Source: a virus. Taken from it: a stretch of 64,000 bases of DNA. The notes below the pieces were generated by a model, which was given only the letters and a program-made list of their open reading frames with translations, did not search any database and had not been told where the DNA came from. Each line of letters opens with the position of its first letter. Within the stretch, counting starts at the first letter, position 1. Of the stretch, positions 46,462 through 57,142 are shown in pieces. The stretch is taken from IMG/VR virus record IMGVR_UViG_3300003316_000080, positions 1-64,000 of that record, one strand, 5' to 3'. Made by a program: the position numbers and the translations under genes.

Positions 46462-46871
46462 TGGGCACCTTGGACATGACCGACGTGTTTATGTCGGAAG
46501 AGTTCTGCGATGACGCGGGCTTCTACGTCATTCAGCGCTTCGAGACGATCAACGACAAGGGACGCAGTGTCGTCAACGAAGTGCGCACGGGGCCTCACTT
46601 CGGAACGTGTGTCTACGGCAAGATGCCAACCAGCCGGGCTGAAGATCACCAATCGACGTGGGCACCTCTGATCATCATCACGCAGTTCCAGCTGAATGGC
46701 GCGTCTGAGGGCCGCCAGCCTGATCAAGTCGAATACAACGGGCGTCTGCACACGCTGATCGAGGTCAAGCCCTACGACCGCTTCGGGCAGGGCTTCTGCC
46801 GCGCAATCTTGGTGGTGCAGCAGTCCAACACACCGCCCACACAACAGCCAGGGGAAGATGATGGCGAGTGA
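46461..46871 (+). CDS. hypothetical structural protein
   Basis: ORF track; ATGA-type coupling. Confidence 0.45.
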   Translation: MGTLDMTDVFMSEEFCDDAGFYVIQRFETINDKGRSVVNEVRTGPHFGTCVYGKMPTSRAEDHQSTWAPLIIITQFQLNGASEGRQPDQVEYNGRLHTLIEVKPYDRFGQGFCRAILVVQQSNTPPTQQPGEDDGE

Positions 46872-47448
46872 TTCGTCAGTGGCCGGCTACCTGCCGTTTA
46901 CGACCGACAACGGTCTGTATGACGACGCGCTGGAGGACTTCTATCACGACGTGCTGGTGGGGCTAACTGGTCTGCCCAACAACCTCGTGCGTCCGAAGTT
47001 CATTCAGGAGCCCTCGCAGCAACCTGGGTTCGAGGTCAACTGGATGACGTTCTCCTTGCTGCAGACGTCCGCAGACTCGCAGCATTACGAGGGTCATGAT
47101 CCTGAAGACGAGGGCACCACCACGATCGAGCGCGATCGCATCATCACGGCGCGGCACACCTTCTACGGGCCCAACATGACGCAGTACGCAGAGCGCCTGC
47201 GCACGATGCTCAGCCTGAGCCAAAATCGCGACCAACTGATTGGCGCGGGCTTCGGCTGGATCTCGACAGGTGACCTGATCCCACTGCCGGCGCTGATCAA
47301 GGAACGCTGGGTACACAAGTGCGAGATCCTTGTGCGCTACCGGTTCCGTGCCGCTACTCTCTTCCGTGTTCTCAACCTTCTGTCGGCACAAGCGACAATC
47401 AACACAGACGAGCCGCCGCGCTCAGTCAGCATCGAAGTCAACCCGTAA
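46858..47448 (+). CDS. hypothetical structural protein
   Basis: ORF track. Confidence 0.45.
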   Translation: MMASDSSVAGYLPFTTDNGLYDDALEDFYHDVLVGLTGLPNNLVRPKFIQEPSQQPGFEVNWMTFSLLQTSADSQHYEGHDPEDEGTTTIERDRIITARHTFYGPNMTQYAERLRTMLSLSQNRDQLIGAGFGWISTGDLIPLPALIKERWVHKCEILVRYRFRAATLFRVLNLLSAQATINTDEPPRSVSIEVNP

Positions 47449-47457
47449 GGAGCCAAC

Positions 47458-48963
47458 ATGGCAACCACGCCCGTTCAATTACCGCTGTCTCGTCTGATCA
47501 ACGTCGCTGTTGTTCTGACCGCAGCAGCTGCTCAAGCGCAGAACCTGTCGACCCTGCTCATCCTGGGCACGTCATCTGTGATCGACACCGTGACGCGCCA
47601 GCGCGATTACGAATCCCTCACCGATGTCGGCGCCGATTTCGGCAGCAGCGCACCTGAATATCTGGCCGCCCAGATCTACTTCGCGCAGTCGCCTCAGCCC
47701 ACCACGCTGAAGATCGGCCGCTGGTTCCTGACGGCCGCTGCGGGCTCGCTGGTGGGTAAGACACTGAGCGCGGCTGAACAGACACTGGCGAACTTCACTG
47801 CCGTGACCTCGGGTGGTTTCACCTACACCAAGAACGGCGGCGCTCCGACCAACGTGACGGGCATCAATCTGTCCACGGCAACCAACCTCAACGCGGTTGC
47901 CTCGCTGATCACGGCGGCGCTCACGGGTGCCACGATGGTCTGGAATGCGCAGTACCAGCGCTTCGAACTGACTTCGGCCGCCACCGGCGCGACTTCAGCG
48001 ATCAGCTTTCTGACGGCGCCGGGCTCTGGCACCGACATCAGTGCACTGCTGGGCATGACGGCCGCATCGTCGGGTGCCTACCAAGCGCCCGGTGCTGACG
48101 CAGAAACGCCGATCGCCGCAGTAACGTTGTTCGAGCAGAACTGGGGCCAGACGTGGTACGGCCTGCAGATGCTGGGTATCAGCGGTGGCGGCGCAACTGC
48201 TGACCATCTCGCTGTCGCTCAGTTCATCGAAGGCACGAACACGAAGCACGTGTACGGCATCACGACTCAGGATGCAGCGGCCCTCGTGCAGGGCAACACC
48301 ACCAACGTCGGTGCGGTCATGAAGGCCAACGGCCTAGACAAGACGATGGTGCGCTATTCGTCGAAGTCGCCGTATGCGGTCGCAACTGACTTCGGCCGCA
48401 TGCTGACGGTGAATTACAACGGCGAAAACACCGTCATCACGATGATGTACAAGCAGACGCCGGGGCTGGAGGCTGAGGCCATCAACAGCACGCAGGCGAA
48501 CGCGCTGCAGTCCAACAACATCAACGTGTCGGCGGGCTACTCGAACGGCACCGCAATCACGCAGTACGGCGTCATGTCGTCGGGTGAATACATCGACACG
48601 ATCTTTGGCATCGACTGGCTCGCGGTGACCGTGCAGACGAATCTGTACAACGCCCTGTACACGACGACCACGAAGATCCCCCAGACCGACGCCGGTCAGA
48701 ACCTCCTGAACACCAAGGTGGAAGAGGTCTGCCAACAGGGTGTGACCAACGGTCTGCTGGCACCGGGCGTGTGGAACGCAACAGGCTTCGGCACGCTGAA
48801 GCAAGGCGACTACATGGAGAAGGGCTACTACGTGTACAGCGCTCCGATGCGCACGCAGAACCAGTCCGATAGGCAAGCACGCAAGTCGATGCCGATCCAG
48901 GCCGCTGCCAAGCTCGCTGGTGCGATCCACACGGTGCAACTGACCGTTACCGTCAACCAGTAA
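47458..48963 (+). CDS. contractile tail sheath protein
   Basis: 501 aa immediately upstream of tube and frameshifted chaperone genes. Confidence 0.6.
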   Translation: MATTPVQLPLSRLINVAVVLTAAAAQAQNLSTLLILGTSSVIDTVTRQRDYESLTDVGADFGSSAPEYLAAQIYFAQSPQPTTLKIGRWFLTAAAGSLVGKTLSAAEQTLANFTAVTSGGFTYTKNGGAPTNVTGINLSTATNLNAVASLITAALTGATMVWNAQYQRFELTSAATGATSAISFLTAPGSGTDISALLGMTAASSGAYQAPGADAETPIAAVTLFEQNWGQTWYGLQMLGISGGGATADHLAVAQFIEGTNTKHVYGITTQDAAALVQGNTTNVGAVMKANGLDKTMVRYSSKSPYAVATDFGRMLTVNYNGENTVITMMYKQTPGLEAEAINSTQANALQSNNINVSAGYSNGTAITQYGVMSSGEYIDTIFGIDWLAVTVQTNLYNALYTTTTKIPQTDAGQNLLNTKVEEVCQQGVTNGLLAPGVWNATGFGTLKQGDYMEKGYYVYSAPMRTQNQSDRQARKSMPIQAAAKLAGAIHTVQLTVTVNQ

Positions 48964-48989
48964 GAACTTTCATCTGAAGGAGAGCCACC

Positions 48990-49433
48990 ATGGCTGCAAA
49001 AACCTACTCGTTCGCGGATGTGGTTGCCGCGCTGTCGGGCCCCGGTGGCTTGATCAACGTCGGCGCCGGCGCGGGCCCGTCGAAGGAAGGTGTGACCGTC
49101 ACCCCGGGCGCGGACGCCAACATCATGCAGATCGGCGCTGACGGCGGCGGCCAGCACAGCATGACGTCCGATTTCTCCGGCACGATCACGATCCGTCTTC
49201 TGAAGACGTCGCCTACTAACGCACTGCTGGCGGCGATGCTGAGCTTCCAGCGCGCGTCGGCGGCCAACTGGGGTCAGAACACCTTCAGCCTCGCGGACAA
49301 GAACCGCAACGACATCGTGACGGCCTCGCAAGTCGCTTTCAAGAAGTGGCCTGACCTGACCTTCGCGGAAGAAGCCGGCGTCAACGAATGGGTGTTCGAC
49401 GCCGTGCGTATCTCGATGGCACTCGGCGCCTGA
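48990..49433 (+). CDS. tail tube protein
   Basis: 147 aa between sheath and chaperone genes. Confidence 0.55.
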   Translation: MAAKTYSFADVVAALSGPGGLINVGAGAGPSKEGVTVTPGADANIMQIGADGGGQHSMTSDFSGTITIRLLKTSPTNALLAAMLSFQRASAANWGQNTFSLADKNRNDIVTASQVAFKKWPDLTFAEEAGVNEWVFDAVRISMALGA

Positions 49434-49468
49434 TCCACCTCCCCTTCTCTCCCTGTCAAAGCAAAATC

Positions 49469-49954
49469 ATGAGCAACATCGTAGAAGTCCAAGGTCAGAG
49501 GTACTCCATCGGAAGACTCGACGTGTTTGTGCAGATGCACATTGCACGTCGAGTCGGTACCGTCATCAACGAGATCGAAGCGGCCAAGTACGAGATGTAC
49601 CAAGACGGCACGCTGGCAGAACTGATCGAAGGCGAAGATCCGGTGCTGAGGGCCTCGCGAATCATGCATGGCATGGTAAAGGCAGGCTGGCGCGCAATGG
49701 GCGCCATGGCACAAGATGACGCCGACTACGTGATGTTCGAGTGCCTGAAGGTCGTCCAGCGCGAGCAGCAAGGTGGCGACTGGGCCAAGGTCGTCACGGG
49801 CAAGCAAGCACTTTTCGCGGACATGACGGGACAGGTGCTGATGCGTCTGGTCGTCGAAGTCTGCAAGGAGAATCTGGCCGATTTTTTTCCTTTGCTGAGC
49901 GGCATGCAAGATTCCTCGGAGAGTGCCGACACATCGTCGGCGACGGGGGCGTGA
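49469..49954 (+). CDS. tail assembly chaperone (short product)
   Basis: position upstream of tape measure; slippery run near 3' end. Confidence 0.6.
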   Translation: MSNIVEVQGQRYSIGRLDVFVQMHIARRVGTVINEIEAAKYEMYQDGTLAELIEGEDPVLRASRIMHGMVKAGWRAMGAMAQDDADYVMFECLKVVQREQQGGDWAKVVTGKQALFADMTGQVLMRLVVEVCKENLADFFPLLSGMQDSSESADTSSATGA

Positions 49955-50139
49955 CGCTCATAGGGCTGGAAGGAGGTGAGCAGTTCCTTCTCCAGCCCGT
50001 GCACGCAGGGATGTGCACATATCTGGATCTGAAGAACGGTTCTCTGTCCCTCTATGACGTGGCTCTGCTCAATGAGTACCTGGAAATGGAGGCAGAGAAC
50101 AGAGCCCGCCTAGAAGCGGCACGACCAACAAGGAGTTGA
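49469..50139 (+). CDS. tail assembly chaperone, -1 frameshift-extended product
   Basis: -1 shift at T7 run 49882-49888 joins frame of ORF 49741..50139, which ends 2 nt before tape-measure ATG. Confidence 0.5.
49882..49888 (+). promoter_or_regulatory. programmed -1 ribosomal frameshift slippery heptamer T-TTT-TTT
   Basis: GAT TTT TTT CCT in zero frame; -1 frame open for 83 codons with protein-like sequence. Confidence 0.5.
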
Positions 50140-50140
50140 C

Positions 50141-51586
50141 ATGGCAGCTGGTTCCTCTGAAGTCCTGCGCGAGTATCTGATTCGTCTGGGCTTCCAGATC
50201 GACCAGCGCGGCCAACGCAACTTCGACACGGCAACGGTCAACATCCAGAAACGCGTGATGGGAATCGCGCAGGCTGTGACCGCCGTGACGGGTGCTGCAA
50301 CCGCAATGGTTGTCTCGTACACCCGCGACATGGAGAAGATGTATTACGCCTCCCGTAAAGCGGAGGCGCCTGTCGCAGCGCTGAACAACCTCGCATACGG
50401 ATACCGTCAGATCGGACTGGATGGTAAACAGGCGATTGCCACAGTCGAAGGCATTGCACGCAGCATGCGCAGCAACCCGGGCTTGACGGCATTGCTGAAG
50501 GACCTGGGAGTGCCCGTGCAGGGCCGCACCAAAGATCAGGTACTGCTGGACCTCGTCGGTGCCTTGCGCAAGATGCCTGAGCACATCGCCATCCAGTACG
50601 GCAACCTGTTTGGGATCGACCCTGATCAGCTGAAACTTCTTACTGAAGGCTATGACAAGTTGCTGGCTGCTGAGAAGCAGCGCCAGATGATGACGCAGGG
50701 TCTGAACATCGATACAGAGGCAGCGGCAAAGGCTGCTGTCGAATATGCGAATGCACTCGACAAGGTGACGGAGCGCGCCAAGATCCTGTTTAGCGTCATT
50801 TCCGTTGGCATGCTGCCTTACTTCAAGCAGATGACGTCCAATCTGGACGAGATGCTGAAGAGCATGACACGCGTCGCTGCTTTTGCTCAAAAGGCCACGC
50901 CTGCTGAATTCTGGGCAGAGACGAAGAATCAGGCCCGGCTGCTGTGGGAGACGCTGTCGGGCAGTCGCGGCAGTGTGACGCTGAGCCCGCGAGCCCAGGC
51001 GCAGAAGGACACAGCAGGCTTGTCGGGCCTCCCCGCCCTCCCACCAGGGCCGCCAGCGCCAGCTGGCAATTTGCCCCTAGGCCTGCGGAACAACAATCCT
51101 GGCAACTTGCGCGCCGGCTTGGGTCAGACGGGCATGAACCGGGGGTTCGCAACTTTCGACACGCCGGAGCAGGGCCTTGCTGCAATGGCGCGGCAGCTAC
51201 TGCTGTACCAGAACCGCGACGGCCTCAAGAACATCTCGCAGATCATCAAGAAGTACGCACCGGCCAGCGAGAACAACACACAGGCATACATCGACGCAGT
51301 AACGAAGGCGACAGGCTTCAACTCTCAGGAGTACATTGACCTCAACGCGACAGGCAATCTGGCCGCGATCATGGAGGCCATGGTCAAGCACGAGAATGGG
51401 CGCAATCCGTTCTCGTCTGCCCAGTTTGAGACAGCGGCACGTCAGGGTGCCGCCTTCCAGCAGCAGACCAATATCACCGTCTATGGCGCCACAGACCCCA
51501 CAGCAACGGCAAATGCCATCGGCGGTCAGCAGCGCTCTGTCAACTCCGATCTGATGCGTCAGATGGGCACACGCAAGGTGGAATAA
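50141..51586 (+). CDS. tail tape measure protein (short) with C-terminal conserved LRNNNPGNLR region
   Basis: position after chaperone; helical N-terminus. Confidence 0.5.
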   Translation: MAAGSSEVLREYLIRLGFQIDQRGQRNFDTATVNIQKRVMGIAQAVTAVTGAATAMVVSYTRDMEKMYYASRKAEAPVAALNNLAYGYRQIGLDGKQAIATVEGIARSMRSNPGLTALLKDLGVPVQGRTKDQVLLDLVGALRKMPEHIAIQYGNLFGIDPDQLKLLTEGYDKLLAAEKQRQMMTQGLNIDTEAAAKAAVEYANALDKVTERAKILFSVISVGMLPYFKQMTSNLDEMLKSMTRVAAFAQKATPAEFWAETKNQARLLWETLSGSRGSVTLSPRAQAQKDTAGLSGLPALPPGPPAPAGNLPLGLRNNNPGNLRAGLGQTGMNRGFATFDTPEQGLAAMARQLLLYQNRDGLKNISQIIKKYAPASENNTQAYIDAVTKATGFNSQEYIDLNATGNLAAIMEAMVKHENGRNPFSSAQFETAARQGAAFQQQTNITVYGATDPTATANAIGGQQRSVNSDLMRQMGTRKVE

Positions 51587-52222
51587 ATGTCAGGTGTCGG
51601 CATCATCGCAGCGGGGGCCCAACTGGGCCTCCAGTCCATTGTGGTTAAGCCCCGCCGCTCCATCGGCACACTAAGTCCACAGGTGACGATCTCTGAACTG
51701 CACACGGATGAACTCGACATCACGGACCATCCTGTCGAGCGTGGTTCTGTGATCACCGATCATTCGTACAAGCGACCGGCCGAGGTGGTCATTGAGTGCG
51801 GGTGGAGCAACTCGCCGTCGGAAACGGGCTACTTCAATGGGCTGCTCTCGGGCCTTGCCGGCACTGTGACTGGCGTTCAGTCACTGCTGTCAGGCAACTC
51901 GGCGAGTCAGGTGCGCGAGTGGTACACGAAGTTGCTCAAACTGCAGGCCGATCGCGAGCCCTTCGATGTGTACACGGGCAAGCGCGTGTACAAGAACATG
52001 CTGATTCGTCAGATCATCACCCGCACCGATAAGAACACAGAAAACGTGTTGATGGTCACGGTGACTCTGCGTGAGGTGCTGCTGGTCAGCACCAAGGTGG
52101 TCACGCTGGCTGCTGACAAGAGCGCACAGAAGACACCGGACAAGACGCAGCCCACATCTGATCGCGGCACACAGGCCCTGGGTCCCGGATCGAGCTACAC
52201 GACCCCAGGCCCGTCTAACTGA
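51587..52222 (+). CDS. tail/baseplate protein (Mu DNA-circularisation-protein-like position)
   Basis: synteny with Mu-like tail module. Confidence 0.4.
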   Translation: MSGVGIIAAGAQLGLQSIVVKPRRSIGTLSPQVTISELHTDELDITDHPVERGSVITDHSYKRPAEVVIECGWSNSPSETGYFNGLLSGLAGTVTGVQSLLSGNSASQVREWYTKLLKLQADREPFDVYTGKRVYKNMLIRQIITRTDKNTENVLMVTVTLREVLLVSTKVVTLAADKSAQKTPDKTQPTSDRGTQALGPGSSYTTPGPSN

Positions 52223-52229
52223 GGTGGCT

Positions 52230-52538
52230 ATGACTCCCTACGAAATTCCGTTGGTCAACGATCCGCAGACGCTGCAGATCCCGCTGGGCGGCGTCGTGTA
52301 CACGCTCACGGTGCAATTCAACAGCATTGCCGGTTCGTGGACCCTCGACATCGCTGATGCGCAGCGCGTTCCTATCGTGTCTGGAATTCCACTGGTCACA
52401 GGTGTGGATCTGCTGGAACAGTACGAGTACCTGGGCATCGGCGGCCGGCTGGAGGTGCAGTCGGACGGTGATGTGACGGCTGTGCCCCAGTTCAACGACC
52501 TGGGAGTCACCGGTCGCCTCTTCTTCGTGGTGGAGTGA
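52230..52538 (+). CDS. hypothetical tail protein
   Basis: GAGGTGG SD; synteny. Confidence 0.4.
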   Translation: MTPYEIPLVNDPQTLQIPLGGVVYTLTVQFNSIAGSWTLDIADAQRVPIVSGIPLVTGVDLLEQYEYLGIGGRLEVQSDGDVTAVPQFNDLGVTGRLFFVVE

Positions 52539-53479
52539 TGGCGAACTCTGATCTTCAGTACAAGCGCAAGTGCACCTTGGTCGTGACCGAGGGTGAGAAA
52601 GGTCTGGACCTTTCTGAACTGCGCATTACCTTCGCCACGCAGCAGCAGGACGTGGAAAGCCCTTCCAATGTGCTGATCCGCGTGTACAACCTCGCAGACG
52701 ACACGGAGAAGCGCATCCGGGGCGAGTTCTCACGTGTGACGCTACAAGCTGGCTATGACGCTGCGTTTGGCGTCATCTTCCAAGGCCAGATCAAGCAATT
52801 TGGCATGGGCCGTGTCGATGCCAAGAACAAGTATCTGGACCTGCTTTGCGCGGATGGCGATGAGGCATACAACTTCGCTTACGTCAACAAGACGTTGGCG
52901 GCAGGATCGAATGCGCGCGATGAGGTCAACGCGGCAGGTGCTGCCATGAAGCCCCACGGCATTGATATGGGCTACATCGCTGATGCGACGGGCGGTGTGC
53001 TGCCGCGCGGCAAAGTGCTGTTCGGCCTCGCACGTGCGTCCATGCGCCGGGCAGCGCGCAACATGGGCACAAGCTGGACGATCAATAACGGTCAGGTGAA
53101 CGTGGTGCCGCTTGACGGCTACCTGCCTGGGGAAGCTGTCGCACTGAACTCGCAGACCGGCATGATCGGTGTGCCCCAGCAGACGGAAAACGGACTGATC
53201 GTCACGTGCCTACTGAACCCAAAGATTGTGGTGGGTGGCCTCATCCAGATCAACGAGCGGGACATCAATCGCGTGATTGGTGCTCCTGGCAACACGGCTA
53301 ACGTCGCTTACAACACGTACACAGGCGTGCAGCGCTTTGCGACCACGACCTTCGACGGCTTCTATCGTGTGATCGTTGCGGAACACCGAGGCGACACGCG
53401 CGGCCAAGAGTGGTACACGACAATGACCTGCCTCGCAGTCAACCGTGACACGCTGAAGATTGCACCGGAGACGACATGA
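52535..53479 (+). CDS. baseplate hub protein (P2 gpD / Mu gp44-like)
   Basis: size and position upstream of gpV-like spike. Confidence 0.45.
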   Translation: MMANSDLQYKRKCTLVVTEGEKGLDLSELRITFATQQQDVESPSNVLIRVYNLADDTEKRIRGEFSRVTLQAGYDAAFGVIFQGQIKQFGMGRVDAKNKYLDLLCADGDEAYNFAYVNKTLAAGSNARDEVNAAGAAMKPHGIDMGYIADATGGVLPRGKVLFGLARASMRRAARNMGTSWTINNGQVNVVPLDGYLPGEAVALNSQTGMIGVPQQTENGLIVTCLLNPKIVVGGLIQINERDINRVIGAPGNTANVAYNTYTGVQRFATTTFDGFYRVIVAEHRGDTRGQEWYTTMTCLAVNRDTLKIAPETT

Positions 53480-54216
53480 GCGACCGCCGCGAACGCATTG
53501 ACGATCTGCCCACTGTCATGCAGGGCATGCTGGAGCAGTTCCAGTCCACCCTGTGGACGGCCATGCCGGCGCGGATCGTCAGCATCACCTCGATGCGAGA
53601 CAAGATCATCGTGGATTGCCAGCCAACCCTGCGCTGCAAGTTCAACAACAAGGATGGTGGCTTTGAGTGGGTCGACATGCCAGTGCTCGCAGACGTGCCA
53701 GTTGTCTTTCCGTCAGGTGGTGGCTTCATGCTGGCCTTTCCACTGAAGATCGACGATGAGGTGCTGGTTGTCTTCGCCAATCGATGCATTGATGCTTGGT
53801 GGCAGAGCGGTGGTGTTCAGAACCAGATCGAGTTCCGTACCCACGACCTTTCTGATGGCTTCGCACTGCCGGGTCCTTTCTCACAGCCACGTGTGCCCCC
53901 TCAACCACTGAACAGCAACAATGTGCAGTTGAGGAACATGGAAGGTGACACTTTCGTGGAGATCACACCAAGCGGAACGGTGCGCATCAAGGCGACAGAG
54001 AGCTTGGAAGTACAGACACCGGTGGTGACTATCGCTGCTACTGACCATATCCTTCTGAGCGCGCCGACGATCCAGATCAGCGGCGACGTCCAACAACTTG
54101 GCGGTGATGTGTCCTTCGCTGGCGGCACCCTCACCCACCAAGGTGTCAATGTGGGCAGTACCCACAAGCACAGTGGTGTGGCGCCGGGCAGCAGCAACAC
54201 AGGAAACCCAGTATGA
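53476..54216 (+). CDS. baseplate assembly protein V / central spike
   Basis: C-terminal THQGVNVGSTHKHSGV motif typical of gpV. Confidence 0.55.
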   Translation: MSDRRERIDDLPTVMQGMLEQFQSTLWTAMPARIVSITSMRDKIIVDCQPTLRCKFNNKDGGFEWVDMPVLADVPVVFPSGGGFMLAFPLKIDDEVLVVFANRCIDAWWQSGGVQNQIEFRTHDLSDGFALPGPFSQPRVPPQPLNSNNVQLRNMEGDTFVEITPSGTVRIKATESLEVQTPVVTIAATDHILLSAPTIQISGDVQQLGGDVSFAGGTLTHQGVNVGSTHKHSGVAPGSSNTGNPV

Positions 54217-54569
54217 AGTACCGCAAACAAGATGCTGACGGCGACTACATCTTTGGGCGTGGTGACGCCCAGTTGTTTGTCGATTCACCTGAAGGCGTTG
54301 CCCAGGCCATCAAGACGCGGCTACTGCTCGCCACTGGTGAGTGGTTCTTGGACGTCGACGCTGGCACGCCCTACAAGGAAAGCATTCTGGGCTACGGCAC
54401 GCAGGGTTCGCGGGATCTCGCCGTCAAGGCGCGCATCCTCGAAACACCCGGAGTGTCTGAGATCCTAGAATACTCATCGGACGTGACGAACCGTCAATTC
54501 ACTGTGTCTGCCCGGGTGCAGACGATCTACAGCACCACGGTTCTGCCCACGATCAACGTGACCTTTTAA
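54213..54569 (+). CDS. baseplate protein W (gp25-like)
   Basis: 118 aa; FGRGDAQLFVDSPEGVAQAIKTRLLLATGEW matches GPW/gp25 pattern. Confidence 0.6.
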   Translation: MKYRKQDADGDYIFGRGDAQLFVDSPEGVAQAIKTRLLLATGEWFLDVDAGTPYKESILGYGTQGSRDLAVKARILETPGVSEILEYSSDVTNRQFTVSARVQTIYSTTVLPTINVTF

Positions 54570-54578
54570 GAGGGCCGC

Positions 54579-55769
54579 ATGGCAACCTACCCGCTTTCCA
54601 CGCTCGCCGCACAGGTCACAGCGACCGGCATCTCCGCTCCGTCCTATGCCGACATCTTCGAGTCGCTGAAGGCGTCGGCGCGCAACATCTTCGGACCGGA
54701 TCTGTATCTCGAAGAGGACAGCCAGGACGGCCAACTGCTGGCTGTGTTTGCCTTGGCGATTCACGATGCCAACCAGACGGCGATCAAGGTGTACAACGGC
54801 TTTAGTCCGCAGACGGCCCAGGGTGTGGGCCTGTCCAACGTGGTCAAGATCAATCACATCAAGCGAGCCCCTGCCTCAAATTCACAAGTTCTGCTAGAAC
54901 TGACAGGCGTCGCCGGCACGACTATCAACACTGGTGTGGTGTCGGATGTCTTCGGCAATAAGTGGAACCTGCCAGGGGTTGTGGTGATTCCACCAGCCGG
55001 CACTATCACCGTGACGGCCGCGGCACAAGAGGTCGGCGCACTCAGTACCGGAATCGGCACGATTACTCAGATCGTCACTCCCGTCGCTGGCTGGCAGACA
55101 GTGACGAACCCAGCAGTACCCTCGCCGGGTCAGGCTGTCGAGTCTGATGCCGAGTTGCGCGCCCGTCAAGAGATCGCACCGGCACTGAACTCGTACACAG
55201 TATTGGATGGCCTTACCTCCAACCTGGAGGCGCTCACTGGTGTTGACTACGTGCGTGTGTACGAGAACGACACCAACGCGACCGATTCCATGGGACTGCC
55301 AGCACACTCGATCGCTGCCGTGGTGCGCGGTGGTGACCTGCAAGACATTGTGGAGACGATCTACAAGTTGAAGGGACCCGGCGTCTATACGCATGGCACT
55401 ACCAGTGGCACCGTGACTGACGTGAGCGGCACCGTCCACACGATCAGATACTTCGAGCCCACTGAAGAACCAATCAAGGCGGTGATCAACATCACGGCAC
55501 TGACCAACTACACCAGTGTGACGGGCGACCGCATCAAGCAGGCGTTGGTTGACTATGTGAACGGCATGGACGTGGGTGAAGACCTCGTGGTTAACCGCCT
55601 GTACACGCCAGCACTCCTGAATGGCGACCAGATCAACGAGACGTACAAGATCACGTCTCTGACAGCCTCGTTGTCTTCTGGAACGCCTGGTACTGCCGAC
55701 GTGCCCATCGCCTTCAATGAAAAGGCCATCTCTGATCTGTCTCAGATCACCCTTAACGTGACGGTCTGA
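54579..55769 (+). CDS. baseplate protein J
   Basis: 396 aa following gpW-like; synteny V-W-J-I. Confidence 0.6.
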   Translation: MATYPLSTLAAQVTATGISAPSYADIFESLKASARNIFGPDLYLEEDSQDGQLLAVFALAIHDANQTAIKVYNGFSPQTAQGVGLSNVVKINHIKRAPASNSQVLLELTGVAGTTINTGVVSDVFGNKWNLPGVVVIPPAGTITVTAAAQEVGALSTGIGTITQIVTPVAGWQTVTNPAVPSPGQAVESDAELRARQEIAPALNSYTVLDGLTSNLEALTGVDYVRVYENDTNATDSMGLPAHSIAAVVRGGDLQDIVETIYKLKGPGVYTHGTTSGTVTDVSGTVHTIRYFEPTEEPIKAVINITALTNYTSVTGDRIKQALVDYVNGMDVGEDLVVNRLYTPALLNGDQINETYKITSLTASLSSGTPGTADVPIAFNEKAISDLSQITLNVTV

Positions 55770-55771
55770 TC

Positions 55772-56413
55772 ATGTTCAATTACACGAGTCTGATCACGAG
55801 CGAGCACCAGAAGCCGAAATTTACGGCGTGGGTGGAGGCGCTGACACAGCCATTCAACGACATCAACACCACGCAGGAAAAGATTCAGGCCGGCTTTGAC
55901 GTTGACGTGGCTGTGGGCGAACAACTGGACATGGTCGGCCTCTGGGTGGGCCTCAGCCGCGTTCAACAGGTGCCAATCGACGGCGTCTTCTTCACCTGGG
56001 ACGATGCAGACCTGGGCTGGAACTTTGCTGTGTGGAAAGGCCCATTTGAGCCGACTCAAGGTGTTGTGTCGCTCGATGATGAGTCCTACCGCGCCGCAAT
56101 TCTGGGCAAGATCGCCAGTAACTATTTTCTGGGCACCATCCAATCTGCAAACGAAATCGCGATGAACAGCTTCACGCTTTTTGGCGTGAATTACTTTTTC
56201 ATCGATCACCAAGACATGAGCATTGACATCTACATCGCTGGTGGTGCATCGGCGGTGTTGATTGAAATGATCAGGCGTGGTGACATCATCCCTAAGACGG
56301 CTGGTGTGCGCATCAATAGCATCACAGTTGCTCCGGGCCCGTTCTTTGCCCTCGATGCGCCCACAACACCTTTCAGCGCTGGCCTCGACGTTGGCGTCTT
56401 CAGCACCACCTAA
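55772..56413 (+). CDS. baseplate/tail protein I-like
   Basis: position after J-like gene. Confidence 0.45.
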   Translation: MFNYTSLITSEHQKPKFTAWVEALTQPFNDINTTQEKIQAGFDVDVAVGEQLDMVGLWVGLSRVQQVPIDGVFFTWDDADLGWNFAVWKGPFEPTQGVVSLDDESYRAAILGKIASNYFLGTIQSANEIAMNSFTLFGVNYFFIDHQDMSIDIYIAGGASAVLIEMIRRGDIIPKTAGVRINSITVAPGPFFALDAPTTPFSAGLDVGVFSTT

Positions 56414-56422
56414 GAGGAAACT

Positions 56423-57133
56423 ATGGCTACCACTGAGTATGTACCTTTCGCTAATGATCCGGCCGCGAATACACAGACGCCGGCTACATACACCGCAGAC
56501 AGTCAGCGCACGATCGGCAACCAGCCCGGTATTGCTCGCAGTGAGTTCGTCAATACATCCTTGCGACAAGCATGCACAGGTGTGGCTGGCGTGGCTCAGT
56601 TTGCCGTCACAGAAGGCACGTTGGATCTGCCAGATGACGGTGATCCTGCCACTTTTGCGGCGGCGCTGAAGAATGCTATTCAGGCCCTCATCACCGGTGC
56701 GCAGTTCTGGAAGCCCGGTGATGTGAAAGCCACGATGGATTCAGGTGCGCAAACTGGTTGGCTCGAACTGAACGGCCAATTCATCTTGCAAACGTCCTAT
56801 CCAGCGCTGTATGCCATTGGTGTTGCGAATGGTTGGGCCACTACCGGCACTGGCCCGACAGCTGCTGTGCAGCTTCCTGATGGCCGCGCTGAATTCCTGC
56901 GTGGTGCTGATCTAGGTCGTAATGTGGATCCTGGGAGAACGTTGGGCAGTGCTCAAGGCTTTGCTATCCAGTCGCATACCCACCAGATCATCGGTCTGCG
57001 TGATGCTGGGTCGGGTGGCCTTGACATCAACGGAGGCACTGGCCCTGTTGACGCTACTGGCAACACACAGGCCACTGGTGGCAGCGAAACGCGCCCCCGC
57101 AACATCACCGTCCGTTATCTGATCAAGACTTAA
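56423..57133 (+). CDS. tail fibre protein with tail-collar domain
   Basis: GWLELNGQFILQTSYPALYAIG collar motif; QSHTHQ. Confidence 0.6.
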   Translation: MATTEYVPFANDPAANTQTPATYTADSQRTIGNQPGIARSEFVNTSLRQACTGVAGVAQFAVTEGTLDLPDDGDPATFAAALKNAIQALITGAQFWKPGDVKATMDSGAQTGWLELNGQFILQTSYPALYAIGVANGWATTGTGPTAAVQLPDGRAEFLRGADLGRNVDPGRTLGSAQGFAIQSHTHQIIGLRDAGSGGLDINGGTGPVDATGNTQATGGSETRPRNITVRYLIKT

Positions 57134-57142
57134 GGAGCCGTT

